Positions 1 to 13,317 of a stretch of 64,000 nucleotides of DNA are shown piece after piece. A program made the translations under genes and the position numbers. Position 1 is the first letter of the stretch, and the number at the start of each line of letters is the position of its first letter. The notes under the pieces are model-generated. The model saw nothing but the letters and a program-made list of their open reading frames with translations, did not search any database and was not told the origin of the DNA. This stretch comes from Balanoglossus misakiensis (taxonomy: Eukaryota > Animalia > Hemichordata), in contig CM082578.2 in NCBI GenBank assembly GCA_040954595.2, positions 10,361,166-10,425,165 on the forward strand, given 5' to 3'.

Positions 1-477
1 CGTGTCGCACGCTGCTGCTTTTAACTGTCATTTGGTGAATGATTTTGTGAAAAGGTTTGTCTCGGTCTATAAGCTCATCGCTTCCTGCAGTTGGCGGCTA
101 CCCGTGAGCACCATGTGTTCCATTGGTGGAGATGCACAAAACAGATGTCATTCAGTGGGGCGAACGGTATTTCATAGATGCAGACGTGGTCCTTACTGGT
201 TGAAAATAAAGCATATTTCAAAGGTTTGAATTGGTAGTTTGAAGTTAATTTGTTTTGAGGCTTTACTTAAATGTAACGATGCGACACTCTAGATATTAGC
301 CATAATATTCATATCATCGGATTTGGCATAGCTGGCGTTGTCTTTGTGTTTTGGACGTATCTCTTTGTCTCCGGGGCCTTGTTGTTTCAAACTCGAAGAG
401 GATGACAAGCGTGAGAAGTGGCTCTCTGGGGGTACGACGTTGATTGCGCCGAAATTGCTTCAGAACTTGTCACCTAC

Positions 478-3400
478 CGGACTCCATGTTCATCCATGAT
501 GCAGTGGGGTTATCGTAGTTCTGTTCGCTCTTGTGAGAATAGGTCAGTGGAATGTACCATTTGTACCTGGGGTGACGTGATAGAGAAAAGCTAGAGATCA
601 ATATTATATTATACTTTCGATGACAAGGATTTTTTTTTCACTGAATACGTGATCTGCAGATACCATGACACTAATTTCTGTAGATCAAGTATAAGTGAGG
701 GGGCGAAGATGACTTCGCCGGCAGTTCGAGGTGAGATACATAATTATTTCTTTTGGGTGTTCCGGGTCAAAGGTTCTATTAACACGTAAACAAAGGGATG
801 ATGTCCCAGCTGTAAGTAGACTGACCTATAGAGTAGACTGACTGGGCGTTTTGCCACGGAGTCACTTAAACTTTTGCCGTAATCATTGTAATACAAAGGG
901 CATTTTGTCCGGAGCGAATGCATATATTGATGGCAAATATGTCGCTTTTCGGGGGTCACAGTATACATGCATCAAAATGTTGATTTGTTGACATACCCTA
1001 GATTAGTGTATTCGTCGTCGTGCGGCTCATCAAACGGATACAAGAGATAGTGTTGTTGGTCCGCCGTGGCCTCTGTATGGTCATCCGCGTGTCTGCTGAT
1101 GGTGACCACAGGGAAGCCCATCTGAAGCGTCCAGGTATCCATGATGCGTTTGACGTCATAAGAATGCCCCGGGGTCTGTCGACATAATCAGAAATTGGCA
1201 TGGCTTCTTTAAATGCAAAAAATCCATAACGTCGGGCTTTAACAGGACTGAAAGTGCAGTAAATATTGGCACCATTTCAAAGACACATTTCTAAATTAAA
1301 GTGGGTCATATTGCTAATCAGCACTTTGTTTGTCTGATAAGGGTTTCAAATTCTAGTAGCGACAAAGACATCACTTGAACACCGTCCAAAACATTATCTA
1401 GCTCGACTTCGCTGCCAAAATGCCAGCATTTTAATACCTCGGTCATGGATCGCCAAAGTTCGTCGCTGTGTGCGTTGTCGAATAAGTACTCGTTGAGATA
1501 ATTGGTGAAACCCTGCATCATCGTCTCTTCTCCGAGGAAAGACTTCATCATCATGATGATAGCAGCACCCTTGATGAGAAGGAACCAGAGTGTTATCGGT
1601 TAAAGGAAGATTGCTGTGACGATTGACACGCTGTTTTCAGAATGTATGTTCAATGCATCAGTAAGTTTTTAATGCAGTTAGGTGTAGTATATTCCTAGTA
1701 CGCCTTTTACCACTAGTATTTTAAACATTGATTTTATTGACTTGTAAATTTGAGTACGGACTGAATTAAGGCCTGGGATTAAATTCATTAGATGGTGTTG
1801 GTCGATTTGATTTGCAGGGTCATGGCAGTGAATCACTCAGCGTCTTGAGGAGTGTGGCACTATCCATTGCAGGAAGGGATGAGTTTCTGCGTAACCATGG
1901 CAGCTATTGGAATATACCTTTCCCTGTGACCGACTGCACTATGAACAAATCTTGAATTCGACATTCCGTAGTTAGGTCCGTGCTTATTTTGGGCCAGGCG
2001 AAGCTGGGACGACTCAGCAAATGATTATTCAACGTGCATTCGAGCTACATCCAAAGATCTGCAGTGCCTACTCGATCTGGTTAAGGTATGTGACACTTGC
2101 ACTTCTTCGCGCGATACATTACATTGGATTTCGCATCAGACTCCATAGGGGAGTAATCTAGCAGATGATGACAAAGGGCCCAGACACGCAGAAATCGATC
2201 GACGACTTCTGATCATCCCTCTCTACGAGTAAGCAAATGATAACGACCAGGGGAAAGCAGTTCACGGGGGGGGGGGGGATTGATATCTCTCCATGTTTTG
2301 AATATAAAAAATAAAACAATGTAATATTTAGGCCGAGCATTCAAATACTATTCACGCCCGTTCGGTACATGCAAATGTACACCGCGGATTGATCTTTTCA
2401 GAGTACATGTAAATGTACACGACTAAATAATTTGTCTGAGCAGCACGTAAACTCACCTTTTCGTAGGAAATCCTATCGAACAATGATCTGATGTCGTCAT
2501 AGAATCCAACAGGGGTTATCATCGGCCTTGAATTACCAAGTTGATCTACCTCCATTGCACGATACACTTCATCCTCTAGAAAGAGATTCTCAAACTGTGG
2601 GGGAAAAGAGTCAACAGAAATCAGTGGAGGCAGTTCGTTGACATAACGATGCAACATTTTATCCCTTTCTTTCTTTCATTTTGTTTCTTTATTTCTTTGT
2701 TTTCCTCTTGTTTTCATTTTGAATCGATCAAATACAGAAATCAAGGGCGACAAAAATCGTAATTTACTTAAGGCGAACGACAACTGAAATTGTTAATCAG
2801 CTTTTTTTTCAATTTTGTAGGCTTCGAGAAAATGATAGTGTCGGAACAAGCCCGCATTCCCCATGTGCCCAGCCAGGGTGTTAGTCAAATCACTTTCGAC
2901 AAAAAAGTGTGAACACTCATTACACTACGGATGTGAGAGTGATTTTTCTCGCCCACTTGATCTCACCTAAGGAAGAAATAACATTAGTTTCATTTCTTAT
3001 GGCCGTCACGCACTCACTTCAAAATCGGTATAATGTTGAAAGGAAAAATAAATCAACTGTAATCTAAAAAATCATCTCGAAAAACTATGATTAGTATTCG
3101 GTGTAGCCACTGCGGAGTTATATATCCTGATTACGTAGGTTTTAACGATACTCACGAAGTCATATTGCGGCTCGGCGTGGTCCGCGCCGTAGTGTTGAAA
3201 GTAACTGGCAAATCCTTCGTTCAGCCAAATGTGGTCCCACCAGACCATGGTCACGTAATTGCCGAACCACTTCCGATTGAAACGAGAAATGGAGGAGAAA
3301 AAAAGGGTGTCGTTAGCAATACAATTAAACGCGCGGATGTGGTACATGTGATTTGTCTACATGAGAAAGATGGATTAAATAAATACTGGGCGTTTCGTCA

Positions 3401-5751
3401 TGCTTCAAACAACTGCTATATAGATGCATATGCGGGAAAGTAGCACAAGGTTTACAGTTTTTGGACTTTTGTTCAAGGTGTAGAACATTTAAAAAAGGGC
3501 CTAGGTGGAACGACGAACGGCAAACGAGTACTTGTTCACACCCCCCCCCCCAACAATACAATCGTCTGTGTCTATTCCAAACGATTCCTGTGATCAGTCG
3601 AAGTTTGGAAAAAAAATCAAGCAATCGAGGTTTTTGGCGATTGCTTGTTTAATTTTGACATCGGAAGCCAGGTTTATCAGGCGGAGAATCAATGGCTTGT
3701 TTTGCAGATGGTAATCACCTGTCAAGGTATTCATAGAATCTACCGTTTTCATGAATACTTGTCTACAATATGCATGGAAATTCTCAATGTCACTCGATGA
3801 TGCGACTATGACTATCTGTCAGTAATAGAAGCATGTATGTGACTTTCTTAGGCAGCAGTGAATGTGTTCACCTACGATCACTTTATAGGCGCGTTGTCTG
3901 TGTAAATCCCGTTGTCTTACAAGTAAATTTACCGGTATATCCAGATACGCCGCCGCCATCTTTAGACGGCAATCTGCTTATTTTCAATTTCATGCAGTAA
4001 AAATTGCACAGTGTGTTTATTTCAGGTCGGGCGAGTTGTATCGCAGGGCTTCATCTGTCCCCTGTGATGGTTTTCGGCCCGCCGTGTTTTAGGCTCGGTG
4101 GCCATGGCAATATGTTTCCTTTGCCGCCGGGTTGTAGACTGACAAAGGATGGGATGAGAGTGGTTACCAAGGCGACGGACGACTGTGCAAAAATAGAAAC
4201 TCTACGCACAAGGGACAGGGTGTAATTCATTCAACATTCGCACACGTTCGGATGTTGCCGTAGGTTTGTATCTTTCATACAGGCAGCAACAAAAATCCTG
4301 CATGGAGGCATGTACTGATATTATGAATGTCATTCTCTTTTGCAACGCTACATCAGCTCTAACTTTTGATAGTTTTTCAATGCTTTAGTTGTCCAAATAA
4401 GATACGGTTACATGTTCAGCTCCATACACCACGATGAAATGGTACTTATAATCAATCACTATTGACAGCCCATACATGTATATTCAACATTGTTAGTCAT
4501 TAACAATAACATTGTTTGTAACAATAACAGTGGTTTTGACGCATCCATGGTACGTCGACAAGCAGAAATGTTTTAGCATGCATGTAGAATACGACAATTT
4601 AGTTGATGAAAAAATAGCGAGAAAAATAGCTGATGTGTAATTGACCAAAAAAGTTGAACGAAAATGTTGCGTAATCACCTGATGGATAAGTTCGTGAGCC
4701 ACAATCAGCGCCACGCCTTTCTTGGTGGCTGGAGTTTTCAGGTCGCCGATGGGATACAACATCCTACTCTCGCGATACAAGACGAGACCCCAGTTTTCCA
4801 TGGCGCCCGGGGCGAATTCCGTGAGAGCTGCGAAATCTGAAAAGTAAAAGATTTGAAAGCTCTGTCTGAGAAACTACATCGAGTGACGCGCTCAATGAAG
4901 GGGGGTCGATTGCCACCACCCGTTCAAAGTTTGATTATTTACTGTTTATTTTCTATGGCCGCCGCCAGAAGTTACATGCTTTGACATTGTTCATTTGGAA
5001 GGAGGCGCTGCATGCTACCGTTTTCTCAAAGCCACATTTCTCAACAAAGACAAGGCAAGAAACCTTACAAACCGCGCATTTTCAGAAAGTTAAGTATGTA
5101 CGTTTTGAAGCAGGCCATCGACTCTGTGTAAACAGTGGTTGCTAGACATCGAAGTATTGCTGAGGTGACATACATCTGTTGCTGCGTCGGTGGGACAAAA
5201 GTCAAATAAAAGTTGGATTTGAGTTGCAAGCTAAGGACGAGGGGATTTACTTTTCAAGACACCCCCAAAAATAGAGTATTGACTAGAAGATTACAGTAAT
5301 AAAGTTGTTTAATATAGGCTGTCACAGTTCCTGATATTAGGACCAAGTATTTGTATAATTCTGCTTATTCCAGGGTTTACTCGTACAGATGTAATAATAC
5401 ATGAGAATTGCTTGAGGTATTGGAGTATCTCTACGTCCTCGCTCTGATTTTTAAACAACTCTGGCCGAAATGACGTGACCTGTGACGACGCGGTGAACTT
5501 ACCCATTTTGGGGAGGTCGTAACGAATACCAAACGTGTCCTCAAAGTATCCTAGAATGTCCATTCCAATATCCAGTGCATATTCAGTGGCATTGATGACA
5601 TCGGGGCGGCTCCAAACCCGGTACTGGTGAGTAAATTAAGAAATGAAATGAAAAAAAAACATTAAAAACTATCATTTTGCTTTCGGGAAAGGATAAATGT
5701 TTAAATTTCATCTTGTTGTTGTTTTTTGTTGTGAGTGTTAGTGTTCACTGG

Positions 5752-5829
<78 letters not shown>

Positions 5830-6223
5830 CATAATGGCATCCTGACGCGTTTTGCTGGAATACGAACTCCTACCTGGTAACCTCTGTAATTGTCTTCTTT
5901 ACAGATGAAGTCTGCAATGACGTAACAGTTCAAATATGTGGACATCTTGACCGACGTGTTGAAATGAGTTTCCACCCATTCCTCGCCATCCTCCTGGAAA
6001 GTCACATTCTGAATGATCGGCATGTTGGACAACGATATACGCGGGTTGTTCACCCCCATTGTGCGGTGAACCAGGATGGTGTCGAATGTGGCCTTGAGCT
6101 GTGGTTCGTCGAAACACGGGAACGCATCACGCACTCTGGTGGGTTCGAAGTGAGACGCCACAAACGGACTGAAAAAAAAAGATGGAATTTTTGTAAATAA
6201 AAAATAATAAATAAACCACCTGG

Positions 6224-6257
<34 letters not shown>

Positions 6258-8707
6258 GGCGGAGCTATTACAAAAATCATAGAATTCAAAAAGACGCCAT
6301 CATCATATTAACATTTCTATTATGCTTTATATAAGTGTTTGTTTTTGGCCTGTAGCAAGATAAGCGACTATAAAATTGTTTGTATTGCAACGTGTTATAA
6401 ATGCACGAATGCGGTGTTGTGTAACGTGTCGCAGTCATGGTGTCAAACATTTACTTGATTTGAAATTGCCAGAGTAGACGGCTTCGTCACCCAGTTATAC
6501 ATGTATATCATTTCGCCGTTTTGACCTGAAATGTCAACTTTGATTCCGCGCAGTGTTCAAGAATGTAATAGCTTCTCTGGGGTTTTATCGCGGCAATAAC
6601 AACCTGTTGCACTATGAGGTCTTGGGTCTGGCATCACGGATTCATTGTTGGAAATTTTCTTGTTTCATGCCTGAACAACGAGCTGGTTGTTGCATGTTGT
6701 GGGTCACAGGGCAATCACGCTTTGGGTCACGTGGCTCAGCGGAAGTCTTCGGGATTTAAGCGCTACAGATTTGAGAGACCGTTGTTGTCGTTGAATTTAA
6801 GGCCGGACCTGGATTAATTTGTCTGTGGGCAACGGTAGACTGACAAATCACCACGTACGGCCACTCAGTGTGCGGAACATCACAAATCACATAACATGTA
6901 TATAGAAACAAAATCCACTTGGTATTCTCTGTCATAGATGTAACCGCAGATCGAGTTTTCTGCTCCAAGAGCTGAAACCTTCACATGCCGTGCACATAGC
7001 ATCGTAGAATCCACCCTTGTCATTTCAATCGGAAAGATTATTGATTGAAAATACATCCAAACTGCAAAGGTAAAGCCGATGGAGTTTAGCAATTCAATCC
7101 TGCACCCGTGAGTAAATACCTCGGCGAGCAGTTTGGCCGTGACATCGATTGAGACCCTCGGCCTTTGGACCACTCGCTTCTGTTGCAAACCTGCCCGCAC
7201 AAAAATCAATGTTTGTTTAGGTGATCGTGATCTAACAATGTACTTCGAGTCAGCCTTTAAATATCAATTTTTCACATAAAAAACTTCCTGAATCACGAAT
7301 AACCTTCAATCATATGTCAGTCCAATGTGACACAGCCTACAAACGGCTCCATCGATTTCATCTTATTATCCGTAGCGATATATTTAAACCACCGCAGCGA
7401 GTGTAGGCCTAGGTACTCGTAAACAGCTAGGATGGGGATTGCAAATGTCTGTATCGATGACGTGACGGTGACTCCACGTCGGTTTTACTTAATACTTCAA
7501 AATGCCATGGCGTCAACTTTGCACGAGTGTAATTGATTTTACAATCGTTCGATTAATCTCGCTTCAGTGACGCGTGACGAACCCCCACTTGAACCGCGGT
7601 ATCACCGTCGATTGAAACGCTATTGTTCGGGATAATCATGCATACACGATCGGAGGAGTTGGAGAGCTGCCGCGAGGACGAGCTGCTCACCGTGAGCCTC
7701 TCGCCGACACTCCACTCACGCTCAGCTGTCGCGTGTTTATAAAGATAGCCGAAGCACCGTTCGATCGTATGCAGTTTTCAGTTAAAAGGAGATCTTATCT
7801 CCCCAGGTCCTCGTCAGTCCAACTCAATTGTGCGTCACGTCATGATTTTTCCCCCATTTACTTCGCTGGAAAACGATCGGCAAATCGATACGGTCGCTGA
7901 CACCACGAGCATCGGGGAGACACATCGCTGGAATACCGGATCTTAACGGAGTGCAGCTTGCGGCGGCATCCGATTTCCAAACAGACGCGATGTTTCACCG
8001 ATAAATCTTTCATTGGTGTATTACCCGGCTTGTCACCACCACGGCTCGAGACGATAATTTATTGAAAAAGTGAAGAGAAAAAAACACGAGAGGTTTACTC
8101 ACACTTCCTTGCCGTCTTCTGGGTAGCTGTTGTAGTAGAACCCCCTGGCGTCTGCCTGATCAATTGTACCGACGTAAGTCATAGATATGGTGTAGTTTGT
8201 CCCAGCTCGCAACTCGTCGGCGGTGTGGATGATGTACCAGTTGTACAGTGCGTCGATTTCTGTGCTGGATATTGCCACCTCGTTTCCGTTCTGGTCCTTG
8301 ACTTCCCTGGTCAGGATCTCCATCTTGTCGTGGTGCACTTTAATTTCGTTCGTGTTCTTCGCGCACGTTACGTACATGGTGACGGAGCCTTCGTTCGTCT
8401 TGAACTTGTCGCCGTCCTTCTCCTCGTCGATGTACGGCCTCAGCCTGACTAGGTAGTGGTACGGCACCAGGGTGTCCGGCAGCATGCCCTGGAAGTCTGC
8501 CATGGGCTCGGGCGTGTACGAGTCGTCGGGCATGCCGATCTCTTCCGCGACCGGGGTTTCGCAGGAGCTCTGCGGAATGTAGTAGGCCATGAGGACGGCC
8601 GCAACAAGTAGCAGGACGGCGAGGCAGGTCAGCAAGAAGCCGGTGCTCGTCTTCACGAAGCAGCCATTCTTCGTTTTCTCTGGGGAGTACCGCGTTTCGT
8701 AGGTCAT
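478..8707 (-). CDS. Aminopeptidase N-like M1 zinc metallopeptidase, type II membrane protein; 3' end lies beyond the window start
   Basis: In-frame exons: 8707-8103, 6168-5874, 5623-5503, 4836-4679, 3269-3156, 2594-2457, 1569-1438, 1175-997, 566-478. N-terminal anchor FLLTCLAVLLLVAAVLMAYYI; AFPCFDEP; KMSTYL; GAMENW; HELIHQ|WFGN...WLNEGFA (HEXXH-X18-E); SYEK|GAAII; IMDTWTLQMGFPVV; KWYIPLTY. Confidence 0.95.
5752..5827. repeat. (GAT)n microsatellite in an aminopeptidase intron
   Basis: About 25 perfect TGA/GAT units seen directly. Confidence 0.97.
6224..6257. repeat. (AGAC)n microsatellite
   Basis: Tandem AGAC units seen directly; these produce the CLSVCLSV pseudo-ORF. Confidence 0.95.
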
Positions 8708-11700
8708 CGCGAAAGTATTTTCCCCCTACGTTCACGCATTCACAAAAATCGACAGCGTAAAGAGAAAAAAACCTGCCACCTGCTTAGCCGTCTTGTGTGA
8801 CGCGTCGCGGTAAGGTGTGTGTGTGCATACACACTGTTCAGCAAAGCAGTGATGAAAAGGTCGCTGTATGGTGTTATATGCCGGGTGATTGTGAATGATT
8901 AACGACCAAAACACGAGTTTGCGAACTCGCTGGGACTGAAAAAACCTTTGACCTCCTGTTTCGGACCCCTTTCGGTCATTCTGTGGCTACTCCCTTTACT
9001 AACAGACGCCCGAGTCGACTGTACAAACCCCGGCTTCTTATCGCTTATTAAACAAATGCACTTCTCGCCACATACGCCGTTAGATTGATATCAGAGTACG
9101 GTATATCACCGCTGTTTGCCATGTTCACGGATTATCAGCTTTATTTCTCCAACTCCCCTGCTCCGCTGAAATGCACCCCGAGCTGTCAATAGGTAGAGAG
9201 TAGGCGTATTATATATGATGAACGGAGTAGGTGAGCTGAAACTACTGGAGAAGCGCCGCCGGCGAGACTTTAACAATAAACTGCATCTTCTCGTTACAAT
9301 ACGGAATTCTCACAGCGTATTAATATTGCGAGACCGTCACCAAGGAAAAGTAAATTGCCTCGTTTATTCACCGGGTCACTAGCAAAAAAGTGTTTCTATT
9401 TATAAACTGCGTAGTCACCTCTTCCTTCTCGAAAGATTTGATATTACATGTAAAAGCGTCTAGGATCCATCGACTTGTAATATGCCTCATTAATTACAAA
9501 CTTTTGTGTAGAGATGGTGGCACTTTGCCAATATTACACGGTGGTTTGCCGTCAGAGCACCCGCTGGTGTTGATCGGGTTTATTTCAATCAGTGGAGTTA
9601 GTGTAGGATTGTTTTAATCAGAGGAGTAGAATCGTGCGGAGGGGTCGATTAAAACGGTAAATTGAGATGAATACGGCTAAGACTGTTTCCCCAGTCGAGC
9701 AGGATGAGACTAGAGTGAGATGTCTGCAGACTCGGACGACTACGGCACGGGTTGAAAATGCACTTTAATTTCCCAAAAGCCACGGGATATCGACGATGCC
9801 GCCGGCCAAGTGAATCAGACTCTTTGCGATCGCGATTGCGTGGTTTGGGGGCTGTAATGCATACACGGTTAGAATGATGATACTGTGTGTAGGTTTGTTT
9901 GTATCTTATATTGAATTATTGATGGATTGATTGATTGATTGATACACGCAAATCAGCATACACAAACCGTGGTAAGCGGGACGCGTCGGTGTGTTGCTTT
10001 TAAACGATCGCCCCAGTACCTTATTCTCTAGAGGGCGCCCGACGCAAACTCAACACCGAAGGAAATGGAATGGTGTGGGCGATGGTTATACCAGGGGTTA
10101 TACTATCAGTCCTTCTTGTTTTGTATTAGAAGAGAACGTACACATAATTTTCTGTTGAACACGGTGGGTGGAAAAAACAACCTAAGTACCAGGAATGCGC
10201 AAAGTGGAAAGCCACAGTTAAAGTTAGATGTAAGACCGATTATACTCAGTGTACATATGAAATTGTGACCGCAGAGGAATCGTCGGCTCCCAGAAAGCTT
10301 TTGAAATCAACTCTCAATTGCTTGGGTGTTTTTTTCTGCTACTATAGTCTCAAGGGGGCGCTTGTTAACTCGGGCTCTCATCAATCACCATATACACTCC
10401 CGCAATGGTCTGGGATACCGCGACCTCAAGGGATAATTCCTGAGAACAAATTGACCGGTTCGGGAGAGCTGGGCTTTTAATTGACTTTTATTAATTTTTC
10501 CAGGGCAGCCTGATTTGCGTCCCTCAGTACCTGACATGTTTACCTATTTAAGAAGTAAATGCCAACGGCGGAGAGAATCCATTCTTGGTACGGGTAGTCG
10601 CCGTCGTCTGCCATGATGTGCACCGCAATTTTTGCAAGTCGTTAGCTTGACTACGGTACAGTCTTCCACTAAGTGATTTCGGGGAGCATCCAGTCAGACC
10701 TTGGCAGGCGAAGATGACTTTACATAAGGCCTCTGACTCATCATCTTAAACGAGCAATGTCTCCTTACATGTTGAAAGCGCAATTTAACCATGACATTAT
10801 GGTTAAGTACTACAAACTAGGAATAGGGATTGCATACAATCTTTTCACGATCTGAATGTTATGAGGTGCAGTATGCATTAGTCTCATGCCAGACATCAAA
10901 CCTGCGCCACCAGCGGCTAGCTGAGGTGACCACAGTGGCGGTTGAAGTCATCACCTCGGTGATTTTTACCACTTCCATCAGGGTGACATTCGAAGTACAT
11001 GTTTTATTCCGGTATTCTGTATGAAGTTAACTTCATTGCGTTCAGTTTCGCAAAATGGGAATTCCATAGGGGAATACCCAATCTTACACCTGGTCGTACT
11101 TTCTTGCTCATTTTTGTTCTAGTTTGCAAAATACCCATCGTTGATGTACGCATAAGTTTCCCGCTCTATCTGTGATTCAATCTAATGTATAACTGTTGCC
11201 TTGGTGACAAGCGTAAACTGATGGGCACACCTTGCGCTAGCTATCGTGTTAATTAAACCCTATCTCTTTATTTCATAACGCACGAATGATATTTGGACAA
11301 GTACTCAAGCGCTGTCCTTTTTCTATTTATTTCTTTATCAAGAGGATTCTTGGTGACGTCTTACTTGATATTGGAAATCAATAACGCCATGTTGATTTCC
11401 ACATCCCTCCGATATCAGTCATTGGAATCCAATACTTAGTACAGTCTAGTTAAATTTGGCAAGACGGGTTATCAGCGCAAAGGGGCCACAATGAAATTCG
11501 GTCACAACAAATGCGTTCCGACTCCCAAAGTCACATGGGACGTGAATTTGAACTCCAGCTATCACAGTCATCCATATACATCAAGATGACCAAAGATCAC
11601 TGCTATTTGCACCTTATCGCACTGGTTTATACAGATATATTTTGTCTCATGTCCAAATCTGAACATACTGGTTACTTCAACATGTAATAACAAGAATATG

Positions 11701-12663
11701 TAGTTTATACTATACAGAAACAGAACAAAACAAACAAGGACATCTCAAAAGACACTGCTTCAATATTTCTAATGGGAAGACCCACTGTATATTTTGTTAA
11801 AATTAAAATTTCACTTTGAAGTGTGATGACAAGACGCGTATCCCTGGTCACCGACGTAGGAATGTACTACGAAAAGAATTATTGTTAAATAAATCGATTT
11901 TTACTTAACATTTTGAAAATGTGTTTGCCTACATTCGAGAAATGGCTTTGGTCTCCAAAACAGGCGATACAGAGAGAAGTGTAACTTTGTTGACCTCCGC
12001 GTGAAACTGACCAAACGAAGCCTCTTGTTTAAGTTCAAAGTGGAGGTACCGTGACTGTAGTGTTTGGCAGAGTACATTAAACTGCCAAATCTAACTCCAC
12101 CATAGCAATGCCATAAATCTCTCATATACCCGTGTCGTCAACATATCTCTGTAACTATAGACGCGAAAACGTGAAATAAACGAGACAATATGGTATTTAG
12201 TTGATTTGATCAACAAACCAGAAAACTGATTTTTTACAGTAATAGTTTTTGATTGCAAGAATATCACAAAAAGTGAATTTGATCGATGAATGAAGTATAC
12301 CTTTAATTAATTACAGGTTCCTTCACTGCGCCTTAATGGCGATTGTCCCCCGACGGATATCAAGATCTATCGCAACCCAACTATGACCGGTTTTTCCATT
12401 GTGTGATAATTGATTTTTTTGCAAAAGGAATGTCTATTCCAGCACTTTGTTGGAGCTATTAATAAGCGAGAAGACAACGGGAGGATCTTGTCGCAAATCG
12501 ATCACAAATCGATGTCGTTTGTTGGCAGTGCAATGTTTGTGCACACGGAATCGAACAACACAGCCCGTTTAATGAAGTCGTAAATCAAGGGAGTAATTAA
12601 TGTACGAGCCCAGTACATTTAAATTTCAAATTGCACAACATTAACTTTGAAGTTTCATTGTTT

Positions 12664-13317
12664 TTATAAAGTCGAGCTCGTCATCTCTCTCTGGACGGTT
12701 CTTTTCTTGACTTCTATCGGCGGAAGTATGATTTTCCTCCTGGTGGAAGCAGCCGCGGGCTTCGTATGGTTCAACGCCGTGGGCACCCGAAGTAGCTGGC
12801 TTCTCTCCATGGCTTGCAGACTCGCCCTCCTCGCCGGCTCGACGAGTTTCTTGGCCTGTTCGAGCCTGGGGTTGTAGGCGTCGATGGCGTCGCTCTGCTT
12901 GCGCACCTCGGCCCTCATCGCGAACAGATACCGTCCCCTCGCCGCGTACCTCTCCAGCGTCTTGCGCTCGATCTGCCGCCGGCGGTCGTGGAAGCTCATC
13001 GGGTGGCTCATGTAGGCCCGCCTGCCCGCCTCGATGTCGTGCAGCTCTTTCTTGAGTTGGTTCTGGGCCCGGTTGACCCGAACGTTCAGTATATCACCGG
13101 CTCTCTCTATCTGCTTGTACGTCAGATGCAGGCGGTTCTTCTCCTTGTTGTTCACGATTCCCGTCCTGTGTCTCATCCGAGCACTCAGTCTTTGTATGGC
13201 TTCGAACCTCTTCCGACCTTGCAAATCGGTCATGTCCTCCGGGTCCAGCTTTTTCTTCCCGCCACCCTTTTTCACGCCCGCATCCGAACTTGAACTGTCG
13301 ACGGTCGCATTCAGCAT
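12664..13317 (-). CDS. Single-coding-exon 217-aa basic coiled-coil protein of unknown function, with weak resemblance to CCDC190-type proteins
   Basis: ATG 13317 (AAAATGC context) to TAA 12664. GC3-rich codon usage against AT-rich flanks. Heptad-like helix NNKEKNRLHLTYKQIERAGDILNVRVNRAQNQLKKELHDIE. The family call is from memory only. Confidence 0.75.
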   Translation of the reverse strand: MLNATVDSSSSDAGVKKGGGKKKLDPEDMTDLQGRKRFEAIQRLSARMRHRTGIVNNKEKNRLHLTYKQIERAGDILNVRVNRAQNQLKKELHDIEAGRRAYMSHPMSFHDRRRQIERKTLERYAARGRYLFAMRAEVRKQSDAIDAYNPRLEQAKKLVEPARRASLQAMERSQLLRVPTALNHTKPAAASTRRKIILPPIEVKKRTVQREMTSSTL

